Below the pieces are notes generated by a model. That model saw only the letters and a list, made by a program, of their open reading frames with translations. It made no database searches and was not told where the DNA came from. From IMG/VR virus record IMGVR_UViG_3300028832_000128, positions 11,586-75,585 of that record: DNA of 64,000 nucleotides, one strand, 5' to 3'. The stretch is from a virus (lineage: Duplodnaviria > Caudoviricetes). Below, in pieces: positions 44,985 through 55,024 of this stretch; position 1 is the first letter of the stretch, and each line of letters begins with the position of its first letter. Position numbers and translations under genes: made by a program.

Positions 44985-45596
44985 CTAATTCATTAAATTT
45001 GATTCATTTTTCAATATATTTTTAATTAAAACTTTTGTAACTTTTGAATTATCTTCGTTTTTTTCGTTATTTTTTTCAAAATTAGCACTCTCAAAACTTG
45101 TTGAATTTTCAATACTTTTTTGGTTTTGTCGTTTTCCGTCGGTTAAAATATCTATAATTTCGGCTTTACTTGTCATTTTTACGGTCTCAGTGCGTTGCGT
45201 TACTCCGCCTGAAAGCAATTGAATTTTATCTATTGCTATAGCCATCGCCATAGCTAATTGACTTAATGAGGCTTTTTCTCTCTTCTTTTTAAGCCCTATT
45301 TCCGTCAATATATCCTTTGTTATATCTTGCAGACTCTCGACGGTCTTTGTCGCCCAATTTTTTGTTGTAGCAAGGACGGTGTCTCGAATTTCCTTTTTTA
45401 CCTGTCCTATTCTCTCCCCAAAGAGCCTGTTTATCTTAGTTATTGTATCAGGCGACACTTTGTGTTTTTTTGCAATTTTGTCGTGCGAAACAAGCCCTAT
45501 GCAAAGGTCAGAAACTATTGCATTGACTGTTGTTTCAGGGAGATTAATTTTTTCTAAATTTTCAGTATTTTCCATATTATTTTTTATGCACGACAA
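44985..45596 (-). CDS. Putative terminase small subunit
   Basis: 5' half identical to, 3' half diverged from, 7842-8453. Confidence 0.5.
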   Translation of the reverse strand: MSCIKNNMENTENLEKINLPETTVNAIVSDLCIGLVSHDKIAKKHKVSPDTITKINRLFGERIGQVKKEIRDTVLATTKNWATKTVESLQDITKDILTEIGLKKKREKASLSQLAMAMAIAIDKIQLLSGGVTQRTETVKMTSKAEIIDILTDGKRQNQKSIENSTSFESANFEKNNEKNEDNSKVTKVLIKNILKNESNLMN

Positions 45597-45668
45597 CCTA
45601 ATATTTTTAACTTCTAAAATCTTAATTTTATAGACGATAAAATCATTATACCGGTATCAAATACGGTA

Positions 45669-46013
45669 TTATTTAATTTCGCAAAGTAAAGCATATATCC
45701 GCCGTTCGCTTACACCTATCAACTTATGTATTTTTCGACGACCGTAACCAAGTTGAAAATGTAAAAAAATAACAAATCTTTCAATTTTGGTATATCGTCC
45801 TAAAGCGGTTATCTTTGCTTTTTTTTCAAATTTCAAATAGCTGTTATATTCTGTTGATCTTAATTTGCTTTTATAATTAACGGATATTTTCCGTTCTACA
45901 TATTTTCGTCTAACAAACTTGTAAAACTTTTCATCCGGAATCAATTTTATCTTTGGAGCTTTGCTTTTATATTCGTCTATATCAAACAACAAATTTTGTC
46001 TTTTTCTCGTCAT
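45669..46013 (-). CDS. HTH regulator
   Basis: Identical to 8526-8870. Confidence 0.6.
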   Translation of the reverse strand: MTRKRQNLLFDIDEYKSKAPKIKLIPDEKFYKFVRRKYVERKISVNYKSKLRSTEYNSYLKFEKKAKITALGRYTKIERFVIFLHFQLGYGRRKIHKLIGVSERRIYALLCEIK

Positions 46014-46018
46014 AAAAT

Positions 46019-46063
46019 AAAAAAGACGGCAATAAACAGAGTTTAACTCTGCTTATTACCGTC
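46019..46063 (-). terminator. Terminator/attenuator
   Basis: Identical to 8876-8920. Confidence 0.8.
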
Positions 46064-46151
46064 CATATTTGTTAAATTATTATAACTGCAAATAAAAAAA
46101 GCCAAAGAAAAAAATGTCCTTCTTACCCATTTTTTATCTTTCGCCGATTTG

Positions 46152-46180
46152 ATTTTAATATATTTTAAAAAAAATGTCAA
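46152..46180 (-). promoter_or_regulatory. Sigma70-type promoter
   Basis: Identical to 9009-9037. Confidence 0.75.
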
Positions 46181-46188
46181 CATATTTT

Positions 46189-47361
46189 TTACCTATGCAC
46201 GATAATTTTTAAAACTTGCACAAGTCTCGTAAGTTCTTGTTTCCAATTTTTTTTATATTCGTCTATATGTTTAAGTGCTTCAAATTGTCCGTATTTACTT
46301 TTTAAATCTGCCATCATTACATTAAAATTCACAGTCTTATATACTATATCTTGTGTTTTGTTTTCTTTAATATCTATATGTTGTGTTTGTTCTTTTTGTT
46401 TTTCTTGTTCTTTTCTCTTATTTACTGCTGCAACACAAATTTGATTACAGGATGTTTCTAATACTTCCAACGAAAATTTATTATATTGCCAAGCAGATTT
46501 ATTCGTCGCAAGTTTAAAAAATTCTTTAATAATATAAGCCGCTTTAAGTTCTCCATAAGTTGTAAATATTCTGTTCATTATGCTCATATCTTTTTTAAAA
46601 TTACATTTAAATTGATTATTAAATTCGGACTGAAACAACATACACCAATAACCTAAAAGTCTTTTACTTGCGTTATCAGAATTGATTAATGATTTTTTGT
46701 TATTAATATCTTCGATATTAATTTTAATATTATTTATATATATATTATTATAAAAACTTTTTTTTGTAATTTCGTATTCATTCAAATTTGCATTGATTTT
46801 TGAATTGATTTCTTGTTTATTATCAATATTGATAATTTCCTTATTTTGTTGTAAATTATTATTGATTTTTAAGTCGTTTTTTGAATTTTCAAGCGTGTTA
46901 TCAATATTGATAATTTGTTCTTTTTTTTCTTCGTTATTTAAATTGTTATCAATATTGATAATTTTAACATCCTTTTTTTCTTGGTTATCGTCTATCTTTA
47001 AGCTATTTTTTTGATTTTTATTTGAATTTTCAACCGCATTATCAATATTGATAATTTGTTGCCACTTTTTCGTATTTTTTACAACCGTAAAATAGTTTTT
47101 TTTGCCTACTTTTTCTTTTATTATTATTCCCATATTCTGTAGGTTTTTTAAGCCTCTTAAAACATTTGTAACGCCTAATCCGGTAAGTTCCACAAACTCG
47201 ATGTTTTCTATGCAATTTTTATTCATACCGTAGCCGTAAGTCTTAGCCAATATTACATATAACACCTGATGTGTTTCTCCTGCGATCCTAAGCCCTGCTA
47301 ATCTTTCCCATATTTCAACATCGATTAAACCTTTTCTTTTATTTTCAAATAAATCATCCAT
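46189..47361 (-). CDS. Replication initiator, lambda O-like
   Basis: Identical to 9046-10218. Confidence 0.8.
   Translation of the reverse strand: MDDLFENKRKGLIDVEIWERLAGLRIAGETHQVLYVILAKTYGYGMNKNCIENIEFVELTGLGVTNVLRGLKNLQNMGIIIKEKVGKKNYFTVVKNTKKWQQIINIDNAVENSNKNQKNSLKIDDNQEKKDVKIINIDNNLNNEEKKEQIINIDNTLENSKNDLKINNNLQQNKEIINIDNKQEINSKINANLNEYEITKKSFYNNIYINNIKINIEDINNKKSLINSDNASKRLLGYWCMLFQSEFNNQFKCNFKKDMSIMNRIFTTYGELKAAYIIKEFFKLATNKSAWQYNKFSLEVLETSCNQICVAAVNKRKEQEKQKEQTQHIDIKENKTQDIVYKTVNFNVMMADLKSKYGQFEALKHIDEYKKNWKQELTRLVQVLKIIVHR
46819..47055. repeat. Four palindromic iterons
   Basis: Identical to 9676-9912. Confidence 0.8.
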
Positions 47362-48700
47362 ATTGCTCGTTCTCCTTATTAAAAAATTTAGTTTGCGTTG
47401 CTTCGAATATTAAATCTATATCGCCACACGCACCGTTACGGTTTTTTCCTATTCGTATTTTGGCGTTTCTTTGCACCGTATCGTCGTTCGGTTTATAATA
47501 TCCCTCACGCCACACAAACAAAACAACATCTGCGTCTTGTTCAATCGCTCCGGAATCTCTTAAATCACTTAACACCGGAATAGAGTTTTTTACTCCCCTT
47601 TGTTCAGGAGCTCTTGAAAGCTGGCTTAAAACAATAACAGGCACATCCAAATCCCTTGCCAAACTTTTTAATTGCCTCGAAATATCAGCTATTTGGTTGT
47701 TTTTATCTTTAATACTACTATCTCCTCTTAAAAGCTGTAAATAATCAATTACAATCAAATCTAAATGCTTTCCTTTGGTTTTTAATTTATTTGCACAATT
47801 TCGGCTCTTGCTTCGAATATCAAAAGCCGTAGAATCGGCACTGTCGTCAATTAAAATATTCATACTTCCTAACGATTGAGCTGCATTAGATAATTCAGCC
47901 CATTCATTATCTGCAATATTTGCGTATTTCAGTTTACTTGCACTCATACCGCTTACGGATGATAACAACCTTTGTATTAATAACTTACGGCTCATTTCTA
48001 AACTAAACACCGCAACCGCTTTACCTGATGTAGCCACATTTTCGGCAATATTCAACGCAAAAGCGGTCTTTCCCATGGACGGACGCCCTGCAATAATTAT
48101 CAGTTCTCCGTTTTGAAATCCGCCAATCCTTTTGTCTAAGTCGACAAATCCGCTTGCAAGCCCCGGCACAGCGGACCTGTTGCTATGCAAATATTCGATG
48201 TTTTGCACCGCCGAAACAATATCTTTATAAATCTCCGTCAAACTATTATCTTTAACGTTTTCACTTGCAACGGCAAATAATTCTTGTTGTGCATTATCTA
48301 ATATTTCTTTTGCAGTTTTGGTTTGTTCTGATACATCGTTTGCAATTTGCATTGCCGCTTTCAAAGTTGCTCTCAATATGCTTTTTTCTCGCACAATATC
48401 GATATAACTTCTATATCCCGCCGTAGTTTGGACGTTATTAATTAAATTAGTAAGCCAAACCGGACCGCCTTTTTCGGCGTAAATTTTATTGCTTTTTAAT
48501 TCGTTGTTTACCGTAACAAGATCGACACTTTGCCCGTTTGTCCATAGTTTTTTACATACATTAAATATGTCTGCGTGTATTCCCATATAAAAATCATTTT
48601 CGTTTAATCTCGAGCAAATTTCGCCGATAGTATCGGAATTTATAACCATACAAGCTACTATAGCTCGTTCAGCGTTTAAATCTTGAGGAAATTCTTTCAT
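47354..48700 (-). CDS. dnaB: Replicative DNA helicase
   Basis: Identical to 10211-11557. Confidence 0.95.
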   Translation of the reverse strand: MKEFPQDLNAERAIVACMVINSDTIGEICSRLNENDFYMGIHADIFNVCKKLWTNGQSVDLVTVNNELKSNKIYAEKGGPVWLTNLINNVQTTAGYRSYIDIVREKSILRATLKAAMQIANDVSEQTKTAKEILDNAQQELFAVASENVKDNSLTEIYKDIVSAVQNIEYLHSNRSAVPGLASGFVDLDKRIGGFQNGELIIIAGRPSMGKTAFALNIAENVATSGKAVAVFSLEMSRKLLIQRLLSSVSGMSASKLKYANIADNEWAELSNAAQSLGSMNILIDDSADSTAFDIRSKSRNCANKLKTKGKHLDLIVIDYLQLLRGDSSIKDKNNQIADISRQLKSLARDLDVPVIVLSQLSRAPEQRGVKNSIPVLSDLRDSGAIEQDADVVLFVWREGYYKPNDDTVQRNAKIRIGKNRNGACGDIDLIFEATQTKFFNKENEQYG

Positions 48701-48709
48701 TTTGCACCC

Positions 48710-48907
48710 TTAAAATAATTTCATTTGTTTGTTTTCTCGTTGCTGCAAATCTTCATAATCTTTTAAAATCTCTTCGAATATTGCAACTTGTCTGTCTGCC
48801 TGAGTTTGTGTCATTCTTTTAGCTAAAACCAAATTAGGATATACTTTTTTTCTAAATCCCAACTCTCTTTTTATTGCCTGAATTTTATCTCTTGTTGTTA
48901 TCGACAT
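48710..48907 (-). CDS. Hypothetical protein
   Basis: Identical to 11567-11764. Confidence 0.6.
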   Translation of the reverse strand: MSITTRDKIQAIKRELGFRKKVYPNLVLAKRMTQTQADRQVAIFEEILKDYEDLQQRENKQMKLF

Positions 48908-49166
48908 CCGCTCTCTCCTTTTTCTTAAAATGTTTCATTACTCTGTTTATTGTTTCTTGTGATATTTCTTGAATATCATCCATGCAAAGCCAAAACTCTC
49001 TATTTAAAATTTTAAAATTCAAATCCCATGGAAACATTAAATTACAAATTAATAAATCATCGTCGGTTTTGCGACATCCATCTTCACAGCCGTGTGTTTT
49101 TCTGTATTCCTTGCAGACCACTAATAATTCTTTCCTGCTAAACTCAACAACTATCTTGTCGTCCAT
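48885..49166 (-). CDS. Hypothetical protein
   Basis: Identical to 11742-12023. Confidence 0.5.
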   Translation of the reverse strand: MDDKIVVEFSRKELLVVCKEYRKTHGCEDGCRKTDDDLLICNLMFPWDLNFKILNREFWLCMDDIQEISQETINRVMKHFKKKERADVDNNKR

Positions 49167-49449
49167 TTAATTGTTTCCTTTGTAAAAATTTAACAAACAG
49201 ATCTTTTTTCTTTTTTAATTGTTTTTCGAGTTCTCTTATTTCTCGTTTCATTTTTTCAATTTCGCTTTCCGGATCCATTACACTCCACACATGTTCTTTT
49301 CTTTCTCCCATATACACCGCTATCATTTCAGCACAATCAAACTTGTCCATTGTTCTAAAATCAAGTATTATTTGTCTGCAAACATCTCTAAATTGCTCTT
49401 CGTCTTTTTCGTAATGATATTTAATTAATCTAAGTATTGTATTAATCAT
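49144..49449 (-). CDS. Hypothetical protein
   Basis: Identical to 12001-12306. Confidence 0.55.
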   Translation of the reverse strand: MINTILRLIKYHYEKDEEQFRDVCRQIILDFRTMDKFDCAEMIAVYMGERKEHVWSVMDPESEIEKMKREIRELEKQLKKKKDLFVKFLQRKQLNGRQDSC

Positions 49450-49614
49450 TTATTCGTCCTCTTTTTTCAGTGCGAAAAAAATCTGCAAAGTATGTCCTCT
49501 TCCTACACTAACCACAACCTGTCTGTTGTCTTTATGAATTACTTTCTGTATTATCCATTTTTTTCCATCGACTTCTTCTATTACTCTACCTACTTTGTAA
49601 TCACTAATTTTCAT
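49450..49614 (-). CDS. Small unannotated ORF, 54 aa
   Basis: Copy of 12307-12471. Confidence 0.55.
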   Translation of the reverse strand: MKISDYKVGRVIEEVDGKKWIIQKVIHKDNRQVVVSVGRGHTLQIFFALKKEDE

Positions 49615-49615
49615 A

Positions 49616-49936
49616 TCAGCTATTTTCATTATTTATTCCCTCTTTGTCGCCAAATTTTGTTTTTATAAATTCAATTAAAAAATCTATTTCAGATATACAA
49701 TGCCGCAACATTCTTACATGTTCTGTTTCTTCATGCATAAAATCACGTTCAAAATGCAAATGCGGATAAAATATCTCTTTGTTTTTTTTAGCAATTTTTT
49801 CCCGTTCTTTTTCTTCTTTTTTTCTTCTGTCTTCTTCTTGTAATGCTTTTGCTACATACTCCGCATGCAATTTTTCGATTCTGTTTTTTAAAAATTTTTT
49901 TCTATTTTCCAATTCTTTTAATGTTATATAACGCAT
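49616..49936 (-). CDS. Hypothetical protein
   Basis: Identical to 12473-12793. Confidence 0.55.
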   Translation of the reverse strand: MRYITLKELENRKKFLKNRIEKLHAEYVAKALQEEDRRKKEEKEREKIAKKNKEIFYPHLHFERDFMHEETEHVRMLRHCISEIDFLIEFIKTKFGDKEGINNENS

Positions 49937-49940
49937 ATAT

Positions 49941-50198
49941 TTAACCCTTTTTCTTTTTTATTCTGTTTATGAATTTCTTTAAGCCGATTCTTGCACCTTT
50001 TAACGTTTTGTAACAATAGTCGTTGTAAAACACTCGTCTAAAGTCGTCTAAATAATAAATAAATACAGTATTCCCTATTAATTCTCCTCTAACAACACGA
50101 ATTGTGATTTTATCTATTGTCAGTTTATCGCCTAACCAATGTGTAACATAGACGGTATCTCCCTGTTTAAATTTGCTTTTTACCTGAAATTTACTCAT
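49941..50198 (-). CDS. Hypothetical protein
   Basis: Identical to 12798-13055. Confidence 0.55.
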   Translation of the reverse strand: MSKFQVKSKFKQGDTVYVTHWLGDKLTIDKITIRVVRGELIGNTVFIYYLDDFRRVFYNDYCYKTLKGARIGLKKFINRIKKKKG

Positions 50199-50520
50199 TT
50201 TTTAATACCTTAAATTCAATATCAAAAACTTTTCCGTTATACTTTAAATCCGTATCTTTACCGTCAATAATTCTTGCTCTTTTTATAATCGCTTTTATTA
50301 TTTTTTCTTTGTCGTTTTTCTTAGGATAACCTAAAGTAAAAACAATGTTAGGATTAGGCGGAATATATACATAAGTTCCCAAGTTTAAATGCTTATATAT
50401 TCTATTAATCCAATATTTATTCCAAATCCTATATTCGTGTGTTTTCTCTCCGGATTTTACCTTTTCAAACCACTCTTTCTTTAGATGAAACATTAACATT
50501 GTTTTGCTCCTGCGTTTCAA
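50191..50520 (-). CDS. ASCH/PUA-like protein
   Basis: Identical to 13048-13377. Confidence 0.75.
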   Translation of the reverse strand: MKRRSKTMLMFHLKKEWFEKVKSGEKTHEYRIWNKYWINRIYKHLNLGTYVYIPPNPNIVFTLGYPKKNDKEKIIKAIIKRARIIDGKDTDLKYNGKVFDIEFKVLKNE

Positions 50521-50944
50521 ATTTTTTATATTCTCTAATAAAAACAGTTAATGCAATAAAAAAATCTCCTATAACTGACACTTCTTCGGATGAAAAATTA
50601 AATTCTCTTTCACATAAATTAATCAATCCGAATCCAGTGTTATTTGTTATTCTAATTATCATTAAATAAGTTTTCCCTTTGTTCCAAAGAGTGTTTCTGA
50701 CTTCAAGAAAAACATTTATTCTATCGTTTTGAAAAATATATTCTCGTTTTGATAAGATTTCTCTGTTTCTTGACTCTATTTCTTTATAAATATTGTTTTT
50801 ATCTATACATTTAAAGTTTAATTGTTTAAACAAACGACATATTATGTCTATTTCGATTTCTATCATTTCAGAAAAATCCCTCATTCTTTGTTCTCCTTGC
50901 GTTTTAACAAACTTGTAAATTATATTTTCCGTATTTTTTAACAA
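50465..50944 (-). CDS. Hypothetical protein
   Basis: Identical to 13322-13801. Confidence 0.5.
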   Translation of the reverse strand: MLKNTENIIYKFVKTQGEQRMRDFSEMIEIEIDIICRLFKQLNFKCIDKNNIYKEIESRNREILSKREYIFQNDRINVFLEVRNTLWNKGKTYLMIIRITNNTGFGLINLCEREFNFSSEEVSVIGDFFIALTVFIREYKKFETQEQNNVNVSSKERVV

Positions 50945-51416
50945 AGTCTATATACTTAAAACTTCCGTCTATTTGTTGGTTTTTTATTTCAGTCTCTGTT
51001 GAATAATCGCAGTCGACATATAAATGACAACCGGATTCGTTTTTGTATTTAGCTAAATTAAGTTTTTTGTGCCAATAATCAAAATGTTGTCTATCTGATA
51101 AAACAAGTAGTTTAAAATCTTTTTTATCACAATTTAAGTTCGAACCGAACTTAATACATTCATCTAAATTTTTACATCTTCGAATATAAACTTTCCAACC
51201 GTCATCAAAATGGACTCCGAAAGGGTTAGAAAAACTCGCTCCTTCTAAAGGTTTTAAACATTCTTTGCCTAATAAAAAATAAAGATGATCTAAAAGATTA
51301 TCCTCTGTTTCAAAAACAGGATAACTTGTAGTTTTGTATAAGCTTTTAAAGATTGCTAAATATAAAGGTTTTTTATATTCTTTACAGAAAAAACGTCTAA
51401 TCCAAAATGGAACCAT
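50904..51416 (-). CDS. Hypothetical protein
   Basis: Identical to 13761-14273. Confidence 0.6.
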   Translation of the reverse strand: MVPFWIRRFFCKEYKKPLYLAIFKSLYKTTSYPVFETEDNLLDHLYFLLGKECLKPLEGASFSNPFGVHFDDGWKVYIRRCKNLDECIKFGSNLNCDKKDFKLLVLSDRQHFDYWHKKLNLAKYKNESGCHLYVDCDYSTETEIKNQQIDGSFKYIDFVKKYGKYNLQVC

Positions 51417-51670
51417 TATTTTGTCTCCTTAAAATAAACATATTTACCGTCTTTCCTTGCGAACGCTCCGCATGGCACCGCAGGACAATGAAACCTATTC
51501 AGGTTAAAAAAACACTTCTTACACTGCTCTTTAATACTGCTTTCAATTACTTCCAATTTAAATTTTCTAACGCCGTAATTACCATCTTCCCATTGATAAA
51601 ATACAGGTAACTCCACAACTTCAACTACCATCTTCCTAAATGTATCCTTGTTTTTAATTCGTTTCTCCAA
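51416..51670 (-). CDS. Hypothetical Cys-rich protein
   Basis: Identical to 14273-14527. Confidence 0.55.
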   Translation of the reverse strand: MEKRIKNKDTFRKMVVEVVELPVFYQWEDGNYGVRKFKLEVIESSIKEQCKKCFFNLNRFHCPAVPCGAFARKDGKYVYFKETK

Positions 51671-51822
51671 TAGCCGATCCGGTAATCATTAATCACGGAA
51701 TTAACCACAAATAAAATCATAAATACTTTAAAATACCATGCACAACTTAAACTACATACAAACCAAACCAACGCTGCCGGAATTAAAATTGTTCTTACTA
51801 CAGCCCAAATCATTCTAAACAT
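51625..51822 (-). CDS. Small membrane protein
   Basis: Identical to 14482-14679. Confidence 0.5.
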   Translation of the reverse strand: MFRMIWAVVRTILIPAALVWFVCSLSCAWYFKVFMILFVVNSVINDYRIGYWRNELKTRIHLGRW

Positions 51823-52141
51823 GTTTTTCTTCTCCTTGATATTTTTTTATTACGTCTAATTTTGCTTTTGCAATATCAAAATCAAACTGATATGTTCCTA
51901 CTACGTAACCCATACCACCGGCGTTGCTCATACCTACGCCGATTTTTTCAGTTTTGTTTTTTGTGTATTGCAAATAAGCGTTATAAAGCTCTGTATTACC
52001 TTTTATTTTTTGAGTAACAATATAATTGCGGATAATCATACCGTCTAAATACGGAGTTCTTTTGATTTTTGTTTTGTGATAAGTAAACCTTAACACTCTC
52101 TCCAATAATTTCCCTACCTTATCAACCTGATAACCCTTCAT
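51815..52141 (-). CDS. Hypothetical protein
   Basis: Identical to 14672-14998. Confidence 0.55.
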   Translation of the reverse strand: MKGYQVDKVGKLLERVLRFTYHKTKIKRTPYLDGMIIRNYIVTQKIKGNTELYNAYLQYTKNKTEKIGVGMSNAGGMGYVVGTYQFDFDIAKAKLDVIKKYQGEEKHV

Positions 52142-52347
52142 TTGTCCAGCTCCTTTTTAATTTTATTTAAACTCCAATATTTACAACCGTTTCCGAATTT
52201 TTTACCTGCAATTCCCCAAATCTTCATACGATGATAAACTCCGTCTCTATCTTTTAAACCGAAAAATTGTCTCAAAAACTCCGCATTTACATATTTGTCG
52301 CCAAAAAGCTCCTTAACATCGGGCTTAATTTCATTTACTACTTGCAT
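52138..52347 (-). CDS. Excisionase/Cro-like protein
   Basis: Identical to 14995-15204. Confidence 0.55.
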   Translation of the reverse strand: MQVVNEIKPDVKELFGDKYVNAEFLRQFFGLKDRDGVYHRMKIWGIAGKKFGNGCKYWSLNKIKKELDK

Positions 52348-52408
52348 ACAACCCCCTTAAAACCTTTTACAACCGTTGCAAAAACTACACAAAACGGCTA
52401 TAATTAAT

Positions 52409-52500
52409 AAAAGGCTGTAGGATATGGGTAAGATAACCTACAGCCGGCTCATAGCTCTCTTTTGGCGAAAGATACAACAATATTATTGTTGTCGCTATGA
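52409..52500 (-). ncRNA. Structured antisense/attenuator RNA (copy)
   Basis: Identical to 15266-15357. Confidence 0.65.
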
Positions 52501-52602
52501 TTTTTTATAAAAGTTTGTTGTGATAAGAAAAAAAGATTTTTACCCATTTTTTTACCTTTCGCCAATTTTTTGTTTTGATTTGATTGTAAAACTTTTGATT
52601 TG

Positions 52603-52631
52603 ATTGTAAAACTTTTTTAAAAGTTTGTCAA
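52603..52631 (-). promoter_or_regulatory. Early lytic promoter
   Basis: TTGACA-17 bp-TACAAT. Confidence 0.8.
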
Positions 52632-52647
52632 GTATTTTTTTAAAAGA

Positions 52648-53007
52648 ATGAAAATAACTAATTTAAAAAACAAAATTAAACATTTATTATTAGAGCAAGG
52701 TTTAAGTCAGAGCGACCTTGCAAAAAAGATTGGTGTGCATAGACAAGTTTTAACAAATTGGCTAAGCGGAACAAGGAATCCTAAAATAGAAAATTTAGAA
52801 AAGATAGCAAAGGCACTAAATATATCTGTAGAGGATTTATTGAATGATAATAAAAATTTTTCAGACGTCCAAATCAATATTAACTCCAAAGGCAAAGTAA
52901 ATCAGACAATCCAAAAACAAGATCTAAAAGACAAGGAGATTGAATTGCTTAAAAAAGAGATTGAATTGCTTAAAAAAGAATTAGAATTAAGGAGAAAACA
53001 AAAATGA
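52648..53007 (+). CDS. CI-like repressor
   Basis: Identical to 15505-15864. Confidence 0.9.
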   Translation: MKITNLKNKIKHLLLEQGLSQSDLAKKIGVHRQVLTNWLSGTRNPKIENLEKIAKALNISVEDLLNDNKNFSDVQININSKGKVNQTIQKQDLKDKEIELLKKEIELLKKELELRRKQK

Positions 53008-53261
53008 AAAAAATTCTATTATGCTGTTTGTTTTTGATGATACCAGCGTTATGTTTGGCGGATCAATATGTAAATGGTTATTATCGTAAAGATGGAACTT
53101 ATGTAAATGGTTATTATAGGTCGTCTCCAAATAACACGTCAAGAGATAATTACTCTTATAAAGATAACTATAATCCCTATACAGGAGAAACAGGATCGAA
53201 TTATTACAGAAACGACAGAACATCAGAATATTACAACGGTTACGGTCAAGATAGAAGATAA
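53004..53261 (+). CDS. Small secreted Tyr/Asn-rich protein
   Basis: Identical to 15861-16118. Confidence 0.75.
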   Translation: MKKILLCCLFLMIPALCLADQYVNGYYRKDGTYVNGYYRSSPNNTSRDNYSYKDNYNPYTGETGSNYYRNDRTSEYYNGYGQDRR

Positions 53262-53263
53262 AA

Positions 53264-53467
53264 ATGCGAACAACAATAATTATTATTTTGGCTTTTGTTA
53301 TAGGTTTTCTTGTCGGTCAAGCAACACATATCTATACTTTTAACAACAGGGGAGATATTAGATTAAATACTATAACCGGAGATATTACAACTGTAGGAGA
53401 TCTTCTAAGATCGAACTCTAAAAATAATAATCGATTAAATTTATCCGGATTAAATTTGGAAAAATAA
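53264..53467 (+). CDS. Small membrane protein ending in LNLSGLNLEK
   Basis: Identical to 16121-16324. Confidence 0.7.
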   Translation: MRTTIIIILAFVIGFLVGQATHIYTFNNRGDIRLNTITGDITTVGDLLRSNSKNNNRLNLSGLNLEK

Positions 53468-53469
53468 CA

Positions 53470-54573
53470 ATGCAAGAATTAGAAGAAAGAAACGGTAAAT
53501 TCAGTTTTAGATACTTCGATGTTGACGGTCATTTTCGTCGTCATACTTGCGTTAGTTTATTAAAAAGAGAAGCCGAGCTTGAGCAGGCACAATTTTTATT
53601 GGATCTAAAAAAATCAAAAGCAGATTATAACGGTAAATATAATATCGATTCTCTTTTATGGTCTCATTTTTGTCAACTTTATTACAACAATTATGTAATA
53701 CCGAACGAAATCGAACCATCAGCGGTTAAAACAGTAATAAAACAAATCGATGAAATTTTACATATAAAATATTTAAAAGAATTAGATAACGAAAATATAA
53801 ATCGTTTTATTGCGGAACGCAGAAAAACAGTTGTTTCGTCCACAACAAACAGACAACTACATGTAATTAAAAGCATGTGGACCTACGCTATTAATACTTT
53901 GGAGTTAAATATAAAAAGCCCGGCAAAACCTATAAAAGACGCTCCTGTAGAATTAATTAAAAATATAGAATTTTTTACAAACGATGAAAGAAAAAAAATA
54001 TTAAACCAAATTCAACCGGCTCATATTAAAACAATATGCTGGCTTATGTTTAGTTTTGCTTTAAGAATTAAAGAAGCTGTGTCGGTTCAATGGCAGGATA
54101 TTAATTTTAAAACAGGTAAAATTTTTATATATCCGTTCAAAACAAAACGCACGGATCCAAACAGAATATCGCTTACCATGCCAACCGATTTTATTGCTTA
54201 TATAAAAAAATTACCACGTAAATCAGATTTTATATGCGGTAAAGATTATACAAGCAAAAATGCACGCTCGGTTATTTCAAAACAAATAAAAAAACGATTT
54301 ATAGAGATTATAGGCAAAGGCAGGTCTCACATGTGCAGACACACTTTTGTCAGTCATGCAATAAATAATCCGGAAATAAAAGATAGGGATATAATGAAAG
54401 TAGCAAGGATAAAAAATCCTAAAGTATTAGAGATTTATGCTCACTACACAAAGGAAAGAGAACAAACCATAGCAAATAATATATACAACATACATCAAAT
54501 CACGCCTCAGGAAATCGATAAAAAGATAAAAGAATTGCTTGAATTAAAGAGTAAATTAACCAAATCTAAATAA
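53470..54573 (+). CDS. int: Tyrosine integrase
   Basis: Identical to 16327-17430. Confidence 0.92.
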   Translation: MQELEERNGKFSFRYFDVDGHFRRHTCVSLLKREAELEQAQFLLDLKKSKADYNGKYNIDSLLWSHFCQLYYNNYVIPNEIEPSAVKTVIKQIDEILHIKYLKELDNENINRFIAERRKTVVSSTTNRQLHVIKSMWTYAINTLELNIKSPAKPIKDAPVELIKNIEFFTNDERKKILNQIQPAHIKTICWLMFSFALRIKEAVSVQWQDINFKTGKIFIYPFKTKRTDPNRISLTMPTDFIAYIKKLPRKSDFICGKDYTSKNARSVISKQIKKRFIEIIGKGRSHMCRHTFVSHAINNPEIKDRDIMKVARIKNPKVLEIYAHYTKEREQTIANNIYNIHQITPQEIDKKIKELLELKSKLTKSK

Positions 54574-54574
54574 T

Positions 54575-54775
54575 AAATTTACCCAAATTTTACCCATATA
54601 GACGAGAGATATTACCTTGAGAGGGCGATGTCCTAAACCGCTAGACGATGGCAGCAGTTCCACTCTTTTAATACTGTTTTACACGACTTTTTATTGATTT
54701 TTGAATAAATTTCAACCTTTTTCAACCTTTCCAAACCTTTCCAAAACGTTATAAAATTTACCCAAATTTTACCCA
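54575..54775. other. attP-form attachment site (second junction)
   Basis: Identical to 17432-17632. Confidence 0.75.
54615..54655 (-). pseudogene. 5' half of tRNA-Glu(CUC), att core
   Basis: Identical to 17472-17512. Confidence 0.85.
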
Positions 54776-54799
54776 AACTTAAATCTATTATATTACTAT

Positions 54800-55006
54800 T
54801 TATATTTTTCCAAATCTTTTTTCTGCTTCTTGTCTTATTTGCTGATACCGAAAATCAATTCTCTTTTTATTATCTTCGTATTCTCTTTCCCATCTTTTGT
54901 GTTCGTTTATTGTGTCAATAATCTCTAAACCCTGATTTATTATCATAGCATTTAACTGCCATTTTAAGTTAAGCACTTGAGCATAAATATTTAAAATATT
55001 TTCCAT
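54800..55006 (-). CDS. Moron-like small protein, 68 aa from MENILNIY, unit-C-specific
   Basis: GAGGGAG RBS before ATG at 55006; own promoter; absent at 17635-17720. Confidence 0.6.
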   Translation of the reverse strand: MENILNIYAQVLNLKWQLNAMIINQGLEIIDTINEHKRWEREYEDNKKRIDFRYQQIRQEAEKRFGKI

Positions 55007-55024
55007 TGTCTCCCTCTTTTTGAA

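Larger units (their letters stand above)
17475..54617. mobile_element. Temperate phage unit B, complete att-to-att unit (37,143 bp), podovirus-like, DGR-bearing
   Basis: Full set of terminase, portal, adaptor, tail tube, ejection proteins, capsid, lysis, replication, immunity and integrase genes between two identical att regions offset by 37,143 bp. Confidence 0.9.
45382..54777. repeat. 9.4-kb apparently identical direct repeat, copy 2
   Basis: Offset +37,143 from copy 1. Confidence 0.9.
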
